Of a stretch of 64,000 nt of DNA, positions 11,430 to 24,608 are shown piece after piece. The stretch spans positions 248,001 to 312,000 of the forward strand of contig OW569391.1 in assembly GCA_937625935.1 (NCBI GenBank). Reading direction: 5' to 3'. Source of the DNA: Tetramitus jugosus (taxonomy: Eukaryota; Protista; Heterolobosea). Position numbers and translations under genes: made by a program. The notes beneath the pieces are model-generated. The model had not been told where the DNA came from. It was given only the letters and a program-made list of their open reading frames with translations, and did not search any database. Numbering within the stretch: the stretch's first letter is position 1; each line of letters opens with the position of its first letter.

Positions 11430-11705
11430 CTAATAAAAGTAGGTGATTTGGGACTTATTGTAGGGGCAGGGAACAATAACGTACTCGGAAACGAAACTTG
11501 AGAATCTCACCCTATTCGGGACGTTTGTTGCATGCCTGATGGCAACATCCCTTAGCATTTGATTCCAGCTTTCTAGTGAGTCCTCGTCCATTCTAGGACT
11601 AGGAAACAAGGTTTTAAGTGCACCATTGGGTAATTCAAAAATGAAACCCTCTTGGTTTCTCCAATAAATTGGTTGAAGTGTAACACGTTGCTTATTGAGG
11701 CTCAT
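11430..11705 (-). CDS. Small 91-aa protein with an RVxF (PP1-docking-like) motif
   Basis: ATG at 11705 after an A/C-rich leader typical of genes in this window. Contains NRVRFSSFVSEYVIVP. Confidence 0.5.
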   Translation of the reverse strand: MSLNKQRVTLQPIYWRNQEGFIFELPNGALKTLFPSPRMDEDSLESWNQMLRDVAIRHATNVPNRVRFSSFVSEYVIVPCPYNKSQITYFY

Positions 11706-12024
11706 GTTTTTTTGGTGGTTGTTGGATGATGAGAAGCTTTTCTTGTGGGGATGTGTGGGTTTTTGTTGTTGAGGAGTGGTGTTTGACCTGGTATGTATGT
11801 ACAATCGAGGAGTTGTTATTCGTTTTCTGTTGGGTGAGTTTTTTGTTGTGTTTGTATGAAATATGTTTATCTGAAGGATGTCGGTTGATATCCCGAACCC
11901 CGGAATTCATGAATTGGACGCTTCGGATTGTACTTAAGAATGGAAGTAAGCAGGTCGGAGTTTCCATTCTTCGGAGTAAAAAACATCCATAAAAAAAACA
12001 CGCAAACATCCCCCACACATTACA

Positions 12025-12792
12025 ATGAAGGTTTCTCTCATTCTCATTGCTGCAGCACTATTGGTCCTGCTCGCAACAATTGTCTCTGTTCAAGCCACTA
12101 TTGAATTTTCTGACCTGACTGAAGAAGAACGCATGAGCTATGTCGTCTCTGAAGTCGAAGAACAAGAAATTAGTGAGAGTGCTCTGTCTCCACAAGCAAG
12201 AGACTTTATGAACCAATACAGAAGCTATGTCAAGAATTTTACTCAAGTAGGAAAAGCTATTGTAGCTCAAGAACAAGAACCTTCTTCTGAAGAAGCAATT
12301 ACTTTGGCTGTCATTTTGAATGTTGCTTCCAAGGCATGGAAGTTTATTCAAGACAATAAGGCTGTCTATGAAGCAAACAAGTTTTATGGTAATGCTCTAC
12401 CAAAGGGAAAGACTGCTTTTGAATTGGAAAGATGGAGAGCACCAACTACTGTGACCTACTCTGCTTCATGGAAGAACTTGTACGGTATTACCGTTGGTAA
12501 CCTAAAGTATAGCTTTAGCTTTATTCCTGGTGGAAGAGCAACTGATGCTGCAGGTAACACTGGTTTGTACTTGGACAGAGTTACAATCATTCCTAATGAT
12601 GTGTTCGTTGCATGGGGTTACAAGGCAAATGCTGAGACTAGCATCTCCTCTGTCACCAATGCTGGAACAACCAAGGCACCAATTGCTGCAGCTACTGTTG
12701 ATTTGCGATTTGTGTTTGGTTCATTGAACAAGGAAACTTTGACCCACTCCTTCTACTGCAAGGCTGATGGCTCATGGAAGAAGCTCCATTAA
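12025..12792 (+). CDS. Secreted protein, tentatively similar to Dictyostelium SctA / Bdellovibrio-type family
   Basis: Signal peptide, acidic propeptide-like stretch, amphipathic helix (VILNVASKAWKFIQDNK), and NALP, W, KNLYG, GG...G.YL and VAWGY motifs. Strong codon bias. Confidence 0.6.
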   Translation: MKVSLILIAAALLVLLATIVSVQATIEFSDLTEEERMSYVVSEVEEQEISESALSPQARDFMNQYRSYVKNFTQVGKAIVAQEQEPSSEEAITLAVILNVASKAWKFIQDNKAVYEANKFYGNALPKGKTAFELERWRAPTTVTYSASWKNLYGITVGNLKYSFSFIPGGRATDAAGNTGLYLDRVTIIPNDVFVAWGYKANAETSISSVTNAGTTKAPIAAATVDLRFVFGSLNKETLTHSFYCKADGSWKKLH

Positions 12793-12967
12793 ATCAATGT
12801 TTTGCGTGATTGTACGATCACTACCGAACCCCTTGTTTCCCAATTGCACATGTTATGAAACTCGTTGTTTGTTCCTCTTGCCTTGACTCGGTGATGGATC
12901 ACAAAAGAAAGTGCATATGAAATAATTTAATTGTTACAAACAAGAACCAAGCAAGGAGCTTTGGTTC

Positions 12968-15900
12968 TTAAGTGCAGGTAGAAATGATCAGCTTCAGAGC
13001 ACTCATCCATTCTCTTCTCTCCTGTGCACTTGCGCAATGCATGAACAAAATACGGTTGGTTGACACAATCTTGAAACAGAATTGTCTGCTTGAAGTCTCC
13101 TTTTCTGGTGCCTCGTTCACAAGGGTATCCTTGGTCAGGCTAAGCTCCTTGATTGGTTTCTTGTCACCTTGATTCTTGTAATATGAGAATTTGAAGGATG
13201 TTGGATCGTCTTCCACTGGATTGATCATAAACCAACGCTTCTTCCATGACTTGACTTTCACACCTTCCTTCTTTAGGAACCCAGACTTGCTCAATGAGTC
13301 CATCTGTGGTTTCATGATGGAAGACTGCGAGTCCTGAGGAGTGACAGAGTTGCTTCTATTGATGGAGATACCACCCTTTGGCATAACGACGCTCTGTCTA
13401 CGTGCTTGTGTCAGAGACATGCGTCTCAATGCCTTTTCTTCACTGTCTTGAGTTTGGCTTTGATCACGCAGTTGAGCATTTTGGGATTCCAACAACGTTA
13501 CACGCTCTCTCAACTCTAGAAGTTCCAACATCTTTTCATCATTGAATTCTGATGCGGCATATCCGTCATTCTCTTCCTTCTCTGCTTCGGCTTTCTCTGC
13601 AGCTTCACGCAATTCTTGCACCTTCTCCTGCAACTTAGTAACCTCCTGTTGGTGGTCCTCATTGACACTATTCAACTTAGCTTCCAGTTCGTCGACTCTA
13701 CTCTTGTGATGAGCAATGAGTTGATTCAAGTTTTCAATTTGAGCTTGCTTCACTTGCACTTCGTCCTGGTATTGTTGGGCCAAGTTCTTATTTTCTGCAT
13801 TATCCAACTCCCACTTCTGGCGCTCAGCCTTCAACTCTCTCGCTGCCTCGCCCTTTACCTCTTGCAACTGGGTGTCGAACTCATTCTGCATGTTATCCTT
13901 CTCTTGCTGCATATTTTCTATCATATCTTTCTGCTTCATACTTTGAATTTCAGTTTTGCTCATCTGTTTACGCATTTCTGCAACCTTCTTTGTGGAATTT
14001 GCTAACGTATCCTTCAAAGCCTTAATTTCTTTTTGTTGAACAGCAATTGCATTGCTCTTCTCCTCCAACTCCTGATGCAATTGTCCACTATCACCCGATC
14101 CTGAAGATGATCTTTGAGATAGCCTGGTCTGCAACTCCTCAATCTTCGAATTCAGATTGCTTTGGTCTGTCTTCATGGTGGAGATAGTTGACTCAAGCTC
14201 AGAACGCTCTTCATACTGGTTCTTAATTTGCTGTTCTTGATTGGCAATGTTTCCATTCAATTGTTGAATTTGTGACTTTAAACTGCTAATTTCTTTCTTG
14301 GATGAGTCAACACTTGATTGCAGACTTTCAACAGTCAGATTCAATTGCTGAATTTTACCTTCGAGGTCAACCTTCTCTTCAGTCAACTGAGTCGAGCTAT
14401 TCTTGTAACGATTCATATCTGTTTCAAGAGTAGCAATCTGCTCACTCTTCTCCAATATTTGCTTCTTCAGCACATCAAGTTGAGAGGAAGCTGTTGAGGA
14501 ACTGGATGATTGTTGATCCATAGTATCCTTCAACTCTTGTAGTTCTCTCTGTGCAGCCACCTTCTCATCAGAAGATTTCTTCAGTTGAGCTTCCTTCTCG
14601 ATTAAAAGTTCATTCTTTTCGTCCAACTTGTCGTTCAATGTCTTTAGCTCACCATTCAATTGAGACTTCAGTGATTCAAATGCATTAGACTTATCGGTCA
14701 AATCTCTGATATTCTTCTTCAATTGAGAGTTTTCGTTATGAGAAGTGCTCAACTCCGATTGAAGTTTACTCAATTCTTCATTCTTGTCCTCAATTGCTTT
14801 TGTCATTTCAGCTCTCAGAGAATTCAACTCCTCCAACTTGTCAGAGACTTCATACTTCAAAGACAAATTCTGAGATTCGAGATTCTCAATACGAGAAACC
14901 TGAGCTTCCAATTGCTGTTGTAATTCGCTTTCATTGCCCGATGATTGCTTCTTCAATGAAAGAATACTTTCTTCCTTTGTTTCGATTTGAGATTTCAAGG
15001 TAGCAACTTCACTGGTTAATTGTTTAACTTGGCGTTCCAAATCGCCCTGGTCATTCAATTTTTGGGCACTATCAGCAAGCTTCTTTTGTGCAACATCACG
15101 TTCATTCTTCGCTTGCTTTAACTCCTCATTCAAACTGTCCAACTTGTCTTGTGATTCATTGATTTCGGTCTTCCTGCTTTGAATGTCTCCCTCGAGCTCA
15201 GAGATCTTAGTGTACAACTTGTTTACTTCAATCTGTAATGCAGCTTCCTTTTCCTTCTCCTTTAATAGTTGTTGCTCACCACGAATAACTGCATCAGATT
15301 TCTCTTGAATATCTGACTGCAATGCACTCATCTTTGTGTTACTTAAAGATATGTTTTGTTGAGCATCCTTCAACTTGGATGAGAGCTCCTCCTGCTGCAT
15401 TTCTGCTTGTTGCAACTTGATACGAACAGAATTCAAATCGGTAGTAATGTTATGATTGATGGATTCGCTGTCCTTCAGCTTTTGATTTAGCTTATCGACT
15501 TGAGCACTACTTGTGGCAGTTGTACTCGAAATCTTTTCCTTCAGTCTCTCGAGCTCGATCTGTGCCTCCTTAAGCTTCTCTGACTCCTCTGCAGCCTTCT
15601 TCAATTCGATTTCATTGCCTCTGACAGTATCTTTGAGGTTGGAAATCACCAACTCAAGTTCGCTGATTTTGTTGTTCAACTTTGTCAAATCTTGATTGCC
15701 TTGAGACACGGAACTATCCCTCATATTCTCCAACTCGGTTGATTTTTCAATGAGTTGTTCCTTCAGTTCTGATACTTGAGAAGACTTTTCAGCAATTTGC
15801 TTCTCCAAAGACTTCTTTTGCTCGGTTGTTGTGTCAATCTTCTTCTGCATCTGCTCATTCTCATGCTTGATATCATCAGCTGCTTGCTTCAACTCTGCAA

Positions 15901-17744
15901 TCTTTCTGGACACATCGGTCTGTACAGATTCCTCATATCTAATAATTCGGTTGGCCAATTGCTCTGACAGTTGACTAAAGTGATCCTTCTGTTGAGCGCT
16001 AAACTGTTTCATCTGTTCGGAAATGTTTGCTCTCTTGTACTCAGATTGTAGTTGCTTAGCATTCTTTTGAAGAGTGCTCAATTGCTCGAAAATTAAATCA
16101 TTCTTCTTTTGCGCTTTGCTCAAGCGCTCTTGTTCTGTTTTGACAGCCTTCTCCAATTGGCTGCACTTCTCCTTCATCTCTCCCATTTCATTGTCCTTTT
16201 TGGTAATTGCTTCCTTCAAAACGCTCACTTCGTGCGACTGTGAAGGTCTGGGACTCTCTTGTTTCTCTTGTTGCTGTGTCTGCGGTTTTTGTTGTAAATT
16301 AGGCTCTGCAGGTTGACTTGGCTGTGCTGGTGGTTCAGTATTGGTCTGTTCTGCATTCAACACCTCCTCGGCAACTGGCTTCAGATTCGTCGTACAAGGA
16401 ATGGAAATGGATTGAATGCTCTGAGCAATATCCATATTCGGTTCAGAGAACTGTTTCACTTGAGAAATAGCAGGCGAGCAACATAGAACAACCTTTGAAT
16501 CACCATTTCGGAACATTCTAGCATACAGTAGAGCCTTCAATGAACTCTCATAAAAGTTATGTTCGGTATCCTTGGCAATCAACGCATTCGCAATCTCAAC
16601 AAACAAATCCTGACCATTCTCAGTCTCTGGCTCCAATTCAGAGGCTCCATCCTGCTGTGCCAACGACGCTTCCATATCAATAAAAGTAATCTTGCTTGAT
16701 TTTGCAAGCGTGTCATCCAAGTGTCGATGTTGAACCGTAATTTCAACAAAGAGAGAGGATTGATCGGAGCGAACGAGAAGTGCCTGAGACAACAATTGAA
16801 ACATTTCTTCGTCACTTGCCACATACTCCTCAATCAGTCCTGCCACATCCACCTCTCCACTGTCCTCTTGTAAAATACACTCTAATCCATCGGAATCATC
16901 TCTTTGGAGTACCATATCCTGATTCAACAAATCGATAATCACTCCCGTTTCACTCACCACTATTGAAATTGAAGAAGCATCATGATGGTGGTGTCAATCG
17001 ACTGCAAAAAGAAAAACTTCATCACCAATCGCAACAAAAGCATAAAAAACAAAGACACAACAAACACACCTTCATAAACTGAAATACAAACTGTAAATTC
17101 CAATTTTTCATCAGCTTGTAAAATCTTTTCAAAAATGTCTCTAATGAACCGAGTAGCAACGCCATCCGATGTCTTTGGCTCCGTAAAATTAGAACCATTG
17201 TTCTGAGTCATGTTGAACGCACCAACCGATGAAAAACTCTTGCCAGTACCTCTTGCACCCATGAACGTCACAGAAGCTACAACAACGATACAACGCATGA
17301 ATAAAATGATTCAATTTTTTCAACGAAAATGAAACACAGGTGTGAAACACAATGTATATAGCTATACCATACCATTGTAACCTTCTAGAGCTCTTTGTGT
17401 CAGATTGCTACCTACGACACCATACACTTGTTCCTGTGTAGAGTTCATGTTCAACACAGTTTCATACACATATTCCTTTGGTTTCTCAACACCATATTTG
17501 AGCAGTAACTTTTTGCCACTCTTATGAAATGCCGCACAACCTTTAACATTGTTGTAAATGCGTCAGAAGTTTATGAACAATGAAATGACATTACGTTAGC
17601 TATTTTGAATGATTTTAACAAAATAATCAAAAAAATCGTAGTGACAATATCGGGCATACATTTGGCGGGAGAAGTAGGAGTAACTTCCGATTTGACAAAG
17701 GGTCGGAATCGACTGAACACCAACACTGGACTAGTTGTTGTCAT
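12968..17744 (-). CDS. Divergent kinesin motor + long coiled coil + C-terminal PH domain (4 exons)
   Basis: VFSRFRP, QEQVY...ALEGYNASV, P-loop GARGTGKS. Introns 17659-17541, 17372-17277 and 17069-16960. PH domain KSGFLKKEG..VKSWKKRWF...ERREWMSAL. Confidence 0.85.
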
Positions 17745-18197
17745 TTTTGTATAATAATTGAATATTGCCAGTGGTGAATGGATGTCTCTATTTTTTGTGC
17801 GTTTTTTTGTGTGAAGTTATCGTTTTCTGTGTTTGCTTGTTTGGAAGAAAGGGCACAACATGACTGATGGGGATCGTCTCATGTCAAGTGAACGGAGAAA
17901 CCATTGGGCGATTCGGCCACTTTGTGGCCAAAAAGTTCATTGGTGCGCCGAAATGGCTGTTTCACCAGTGTTATACCATTCGTCCACTGTCCACACAATT
18001 CAATGAACTGTCCGCTGGTTCAACATAACTTAGTGAATTTAATAAATGATAATGGTAAGTTGCCAAATTTTGTGTATCATGCCTCGTTAGAGATGTAACG
18101 ACCTCGATATGGTTTTGATTGAAACATGCAAAACTCATTCACAGTGAACTGAACACACATTCGGTAGCCTATGTGTGCGCTCCCCAGTTTTTGTACC

Positions 18198-19236
18198 TTA
18201 CACTGTTTGCATATCAGTGGCAGTATTGTCATTCAACATGCCACCATTGTTGTTATTCGTGACTGTTCCTCTTGCATCCAATCTCTTCTTCGCAAAGGTC
18301 TTTGCTTTTGCGAATGTTGAGTTCTGTTTCCAGTACACCACAATTGCAATCACAAAAATGGTAAAGCTATAGAGTGCCATGAACAACCATATGCCTGCCA
18401 TGGAGAAATTAATAATGAAACCTGCGAGTGCATTCTTTTGCTTGAGCCCCTTTTGAAGGAATTGAACGGCACCAACGATACCACATGGACCATATTCGAC
18501 CCATCCGGACACACAGAAACTAGAGAAAATCACGAGCGCAGAGTAACCTATGAAAAACAGGAAAAATCGCGCCATATTCACCGTTCTCATCGCATGATAC
18601 AGCGGATAATGAGCAAACATAAAATAGGCGGGAATACCCAATGTGAACACGGAGGCCATGAACAACATTTGAATCTTCTTTTTTTGAGCGAGAGCTCCAA
18701 TTTTTCCATCGAGCACAACAGTGGCGATCGCTGAACCCAAGTTCAACAGAATGATCAAACTAAACATGAACCATCCCAGGTAGCTCATGGACGCAGCTGC
18801 TCTTCTTGCACCACTAGGTATCTCACCAAAAATGCCTGTATGTAACCAAAAAATAAAGATAGTTATTTCGTTAGCTCTGTGCTGTTAAAACAAAAGCTTA
18901 GACGGCGAAAAAAGCTCTGTAGGGGCGAAAAAAAATGTGATTTTTCTTCGAGCTTGAAAAAAACAACTTACTGTGACGGATGAATGGATAACAAATGGGC
19001 CAATTGTTCTTCTCACCACTACTAAAATCCTTTTCTAGTGTTTCAATTTCCTTTTCTCTCTCCACAATCATCTCTTCTCTCTGTTCCAAGTCATCTCTTG
19101 TCAATGAACCGCTTTGATAGTCAAACGCAGCAAAGTAGGGAGAAGCAGAGGGAGCATGAACGTCACCCTCACCTGTTAGAGTAGGTGGTCTATATGTGTC
19201 ATAATCATAGTTGTATGGGTCATTGTTGTCTGACAT
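18198..19236 (-). CDS. SCAMP: SCAMP-family secretory carrier membrane protein
   Basis: NNWP...EIP, four TM helices, E-peptide-like YPLYHAMR..FFLFF, GCG-like 'GPCG'. Intron 18971-18836. Confidence 0.85.
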
Positions 19237-19504
19237 TTCTGTTGAATTCGTTTTGTGATGGTGATTATCGTGTGTGATGATGATGTCAGTGCTGGGGCTT
19301 GTTTTTGTTTGGGTGCTCTGTGAAGAAAAATCGCTTTTTTGGTTGAATCAACAAAAGGAATCTTTTCACGACGAAGTTCTCTTTTTTTGTTTGTTCAGTT
19401 TTTTCGGCGCGGAAACTAACCGCAGTAAACTATCGAATTGGATAGTGGAAATAACATTTACAAGTGACAATATTGTTGTCCTTATGAACACAATAAAGCA
19501 CAAC

Positions 19505-22500
19505 CTACCACTGAGAGTGATAAGGAGTTCCATTGCCCAGGTATTCATGACCTCTGATACTAGGATCTGAATGTTGTGCCATGCCCACGAATGGAGAATG
19601 CATAGGATTGAATGGGGCAGTCTGTGCCTGTTGCGCTGGCTGTTGTTGTGGTGGTTGAGGGAAGGACGACTGATTGGGTAGTCGCTGAACAGGTCCTTGT
19701 TGTGCATGTGGTGCTCCAAACGGATTCACGCCAAAGAAAGCATTGTACTCGCGTGTTGATTGTTGATGAGGCACCGGTTGCTGTTGCTGCATCCAATTAA
19801 ATGGTACATTCTTCTGTGGACCGTGCATGTGATGCTGCTGTGGCATGGACATCTGGTGGTGAGGATGATGAGGGTGGAAATGGGAAGATTGTTGCTGTGG
19901 GAATACATTTGGCTCGTTCATCCATGGCGTGGCAAACACACTTCCACCACCGAACATGCCACCAGTATTTGGCATAGATGGTTGCTGAGGATGATGCGGA
20001 TTATGGAACATGCTGCCTCCGAACATTTTGTGCTGCTGCATTTGATTATTGAAGGGAGCTTGTTGTGGTTGGTGAGGCATGAAGGCACCGCCATTCGGAT
20101 TCCAGTTAGAGAATTGATTGGTTGCTTGCTGCGGAGGTGGTAATCGATTGAAACTAGCTCCCATATTCACGTGTTCATTAGCAGGGGCGCGTATAGAGTT
20201 GTCAAGCAATTCTGCACGAATACTAGCATTCGGTTTCTCAATTACCTTCTCTTCCAATACAGGCTGAACGGTTACGTGCTTCTTTTCAATCTTAGCTTCA
20301 CCACCTTTGTATACAGAATGTTCTTGGTGTACTTCGAATTGAGACATGGCGGCTTCAGCGATTGTGTCTTGAGGTGTAATCCTCGTGTTGTCAATCTCAA
20401 CAACGAGTTCAGTCTCCTCCGTGTCAATTTTCTCCTTCACCACCTTGGTGTTTTGAACCGTTGATTGACTCTTTGTTGTTGGTGCAGATTTCGATTGTGG
20501 TTCAGACTTTGCAGCCTTCTTTTTTTGTTGTTGCTGCTGTTGTTGAAGTTTCAGCTTCTTTTGCTGCTCTCGCTGTTCAGCCTCCAATCGTTCCTTCTCT
20601 TCGCGCAATAATCTTTTCTCTTCACGATCCCTTTCTTGCTGTTCTCGCAACCTTAATCGTTCTTCTTCCTCCTGCTGTCTCGTTTCCTCTAGTTGCCTCT
20701 TTGCGAGTGCAATCATTTCTTGCTGTGCTCGCTTTTTCTCCTCTTCAAGCTTCTTTTTCTCTGCCTCCTTCTGCTTTTGCAACTTTCGCTCTCTCTCCTT
20801 TTGCTCTTGCAGTTCTTTCTCCTTTCTCTTCTTTTCCTTTTCATCTTCTTTTTTGTTCTTCTTTTGTTGAGTTTTCTTCTGCTTCTTGTCCTTCTTCTGC
20901 TTCTCTTCCTCGTCAATCAGAGCATTTTGCATTTCGAGAGCCAACTTCTCTTTGTATGCCAACACAATTTTCTCATAGAAAATCTTTGCGGCATACATTC
21001 TGAACATTCTTCGACTCTCCCTCCACTTGCTATCTTCTGCGTCCATGTCCAACTCATAGTCCTCATCCTCGGAGTCATCATCATTCTCGTCGTCAGTGTC
21101 TCCGTCGTCTTCATCGTCCTCGTCGTCTTCCTCATCACTAAAAGTCTCACCAATATTCTCCTCGTACATTGTCGTTGTAATCGTGGCAGTGCCATTGGTT
21201 ACTTTTGTGGTCATTTCTGTACATGTAGTCATTGTAGTGCCATTCCGACTCGTTGTCTTGCTCGTTGTCATCACACCGTTTGGAATATCTGTCGTTGTTG
21301 TTGTCACGGCGCCTGCTGAGGCCATTTTCGCACTACTACGGAGAGCAGCTCGTGCGTTCATGGTCGATCTGTTCTGACCCCTGTGCATTGGCTCAGCCAC
21401 ATTTGCGAGAGATTCCAATAGTTTGGTGCTGTTGGAGTCGATTTTTTCCAACCGAAGCAGTATATCGATAATATTGCGCGAATTTTCAGTCATCCAATCC
21501 TCGGTAATCGTAATTGAACCATTGATCATCACCAAATTCGTACCAAAGTTCCAACACATGACATCATCTGAGTTCAAATCATCTGAATGACCGAGATAAC
21601 TCTCGGAGACTGAACTTTGAGAAGAGGACTCTGAATTCGCATCAGACAAATCATCGCCACTCAACACATCCAACGACAAATCATGTATATCGTCATCGTC
21701 CATATCGAACTCTTCTTCAAACACAACAGGAGTCGATTTGTCACCTCCTACTGCCAACTCTCCTGCTGCAGCAGCAGCTGTGGATATCATGGCGTCATCA
21801 GTCGTAGTGAGCGGCTCTCCTGACTGTCTCTGTTGCAATTCCTTCAACTGAGATTTCTGCTGTTGCAGTGCCAATTGTTCCTTTTGTTGCTGCTTGTGCC
21901 TCAATTGCAACTGTTTTTGTTTCTGTTGTAGTTGATAGAGTTTCTTTTGTTGACGAGCGAGTTTTTCTGCCGCGTTCTGAACACTGGCATGCGCATGACT
22001 CATATCAATCTGCAATCCACCGTCCTGCACCTGTTGAATCTGCTTCTGTTGAATCAATTTAATTTTTTGCAATTGTTGCAATTGTTGTTCCTGCTGTTTT
22101 TGAAGAATCATTTGTCTCTGTTGCAACTGCTTGAAATTGACACTTGTTTGAAGCTCTCTTATTTCATATGTTTCCTGCTGTTGTGGTTGCTGTGATTCAT
22201 TGCCACCAGTTGTCACATTGCTTGCTGTCAAAGATGAGTCATTGACAGACACTGTCGAAGACGATGGTGGTGGTGGTTGTAACATGTGAACATGATGTGG
22301 ACATGGAGCTGGTTTTTGTACATGTAGCAATTGATTACCACCAACACCAACACTACCACTAATACTACTACTATTGCTGTTCATGTTGTTGTGAAGATGG
22401 TGATGATGATGATGATGGTGGTGATGATGGTGATGGTGATGATGATGATATGGTGATTGTTGATTCGATGGCATCAATACACTTGTCACTCCATTCTCAA

Positions 22501-23214
22501 GCTTCATCTCCAATTCAGTACAATATTGATGATACAATGATTCGACTTCTCTGTCAATGGCAGCCTTCTTTCGACCACAGACAGTACATGAACAAATATG
22601 TCGATGCTTCTCCTTAATCTTCTTCAATAGTTCACTCTTTTCAATCTTTATAATTTTTTTCTTGTGTTCATTGTTGAGACTGCACCAAAATCGTTTCAAT
22701 TTTTGTGATTCGTTCACTTTTTCTTGTTGTTGACGTTGCATCACTGCTGCCGAGGAATGAGTAAGTGATGATGATATTGTGGTGTGACTACTACTATTGC
22801 TACTACTGTTTGATGATGATGATTTTTTGTTTGTTGTTGTTGTTGCATGACTCGTATTATTCGCAGTGTTTTGTTGTTGTTGTTGCAGTTGTTGTTGTTC
22901 TTTCATGATGGCACTAGCTGCTGGTGTGATCAAATGATTGGTTTGATGATTAAACTGCTGTTGCTGTTGTTGTTGTATCGTCGCATTGGATTTGGTCGAT
23001 GAAGAAGTATTGTTGTTGTTGGTGGATTGTTTTTTTGCCTTTTTCTAAGCATCATCATACAAACATACATATATATGATCATGCGTGTACGATCGTAAAA
23101 GTGAAAAAATGTGAGTTGTTTGTATTCTATCCACAGGTGTATGTATGATGATGCATCAAGCGTGATGATATCACAGTCACCAAAGAAGTAAAGAGAAAAT
23201 CATACCTTGGTCAT
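19505..23214 (-). CDS. NST1: Stress response protein NST1-like
   Basis: FWCSL...KIEK...CSCTVCGRKKAAIDREVESLY and ESRRMFRMYAAKIFYEKIVLAYKEK match recalled Nst1 blocks. 9-nt first exon (23214-23206), intron 23205-23045. Confidence 0.8.
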
Positions 23215-23553
23215 GGTTTTTTGTTATTATTGATGTTGATGATTGATTGAAAGCTTTTGAAGAGAGACTATATATCGAATGATTGAAAATATAGACTGGT
23301 TTTTTGGTGTTTGTGCGTGTGTGTGTGTATGGTAGTAGCTACTTAATGAGAAAAAACAACCACTAATCTTGATGGCTGCTGTGAATCAGTGTTGTTCTTG
23401 GCTTTTTGATTATTTTTTGGAGAGAAAGTTTTTTTTGAACAAGATTGGATTGGAACGTCTGGGAGAGAAGGGAGATGTGAGCAAGCTTGTGAGTTTATTC
23501 AAGGCACTTGGCTTTTTGAACACAAAAGAATGTCATCTTCCATTTCAAAGCTA

Positions 23554-24399
23554 TTAGAGCTTTAACCTCATGAATACTGCCGTTTGGAGGAAAAAGCTAT
23601 TGTAAGCTAAAACACGGATACCACAATACAAAAAATAATATGTCATACCGTCATTGTCGGACTTTCCATTGGGTACCCACTCGACAAATCCGAACTTGTG
23701 ATACAAATTGAGGGCTTCTTGATGCTTCTTGTCAACTATTAATTCTATCATGCTCCGTCCATCTGTTGTAGCAGTGTCGATCGCCCATTGTAATAAATAT
23801 CTTCCTATCCCTTGTTTTCTATACTCTCTGTGGCAATACAACCTCTCCAATCGAACCAAAGGACTATTTGGTTTCGTGTGCTTCAATGAACATGTGGCAA
23901 CAATCTTCTCTGAACGATTCATACCTTCTTGTTGTTCGGCATCCACATGAGTCGAGTCCACGATCACAACAAACTTGCTATTTGTCGATGGGCGAGTAAC
24001 AGAGGAAGCAGTTGCGGAACACTCACTCGACCTTTGTGTCTCACCAATCATAACTTCATTATCCTTGTTGTTCTTGGTTGACTCAGTGGGAACACTCAGA
24101 TTGTAAACCTTTTTGAATGGCTCAGACTTCAAATCCTTCAAATGTTGTCTCCTTCTGACATTGCTTCCGTGAATATCATACTCTTCCAAGATGCCTACAA
24201 TAAGTTCAATAATTTGATCGCAATCCGAAGCTGTAGCGGGCCGTAGCGCTAGCTCCGGAATCAAAATGGCATCTCGCTCTCGGTTGTTCTTAAGGCCATC
24301 ATCTACTTTTGGTCCGGATAATGGTGTTTTTGACCGTTTGACAGACATGGAATGGCTTTCTTCGCTCTTGCCTTCATCCAATTTCCTCTTTTCTGGCAT
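23554..24399 (-). CDS. GNAT-family N-acetyltransferase
   Basis: LERLYCHREYRKQGIGRYLL (acetyl-CoA motif A) and ALNLYHKFGF. Probable 72-nt intron 23648-23577. Confidence 0.85.
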   Translation of the reverse strand: MPEKRKLDEGKSEESHSMSVKRSKTPLSGPKVDDGLKNNRERDAILIPELALRPATASDCDQIIELIVGILEEYDIHGSNVRRRQHLKDLKSEPFKKVYNLSVPTESTKNNKDNEVMIGETQRSSECSATASSVTRPSTNSKFVVIVDSTHVDAEQQEGMNRSEKIVATCSLKHTKPNSPLVRLERLYCHREYRKQGIGRYLLQWAIDTATTDGRSMIELIVDKKHQEALNLYHKFGFVEWVPNGKSDNDGMTYYFLYCGIRVLAYNSFFLQTAVFMRLKL

Positions 24400-24608
24400 T
24401 GGGTTTTTGCTTTTTGGCTGATCCTCAAAGAGAAGGTGATGGAATGAAAAAAGCTTGGGCGTCTCCTTTTTTTGTGTGTGGCGCAACTTGTGCTTGCTGA
24501 AAGTGTGTATCATGTATCTGCGACCTTTACGCTATTTAACTGGAGAATACAATGGTCAATTTTTCAGGATTCTCACCAAACAAAACATATCCTAAACAAA
24601 TCATTAAG

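Noticed and set aside
13616-16833. Numerous antisense/alternate-frame ORFs in the ORF track (also over NST1, Rh, MAK21, SRF)
   Set aside because: These are shadow ORFs of biased coding strands with no independent domain signal.
17915-17929. GGCCAC-TTT-GTGGCC hairpin upstream of the kinesin gene
   Set aside because: An isolated 6-bp stem with no supporting ncRNA or TE context.
19505-23040. CAA/CAT/GAT trinucleotide runs as repeat arrays or CRISPR-like structure
   Set aside because: They encode poly-Q/H/D tracts inside a CDS. No repeat-spacer array was seen anywhere in the window.
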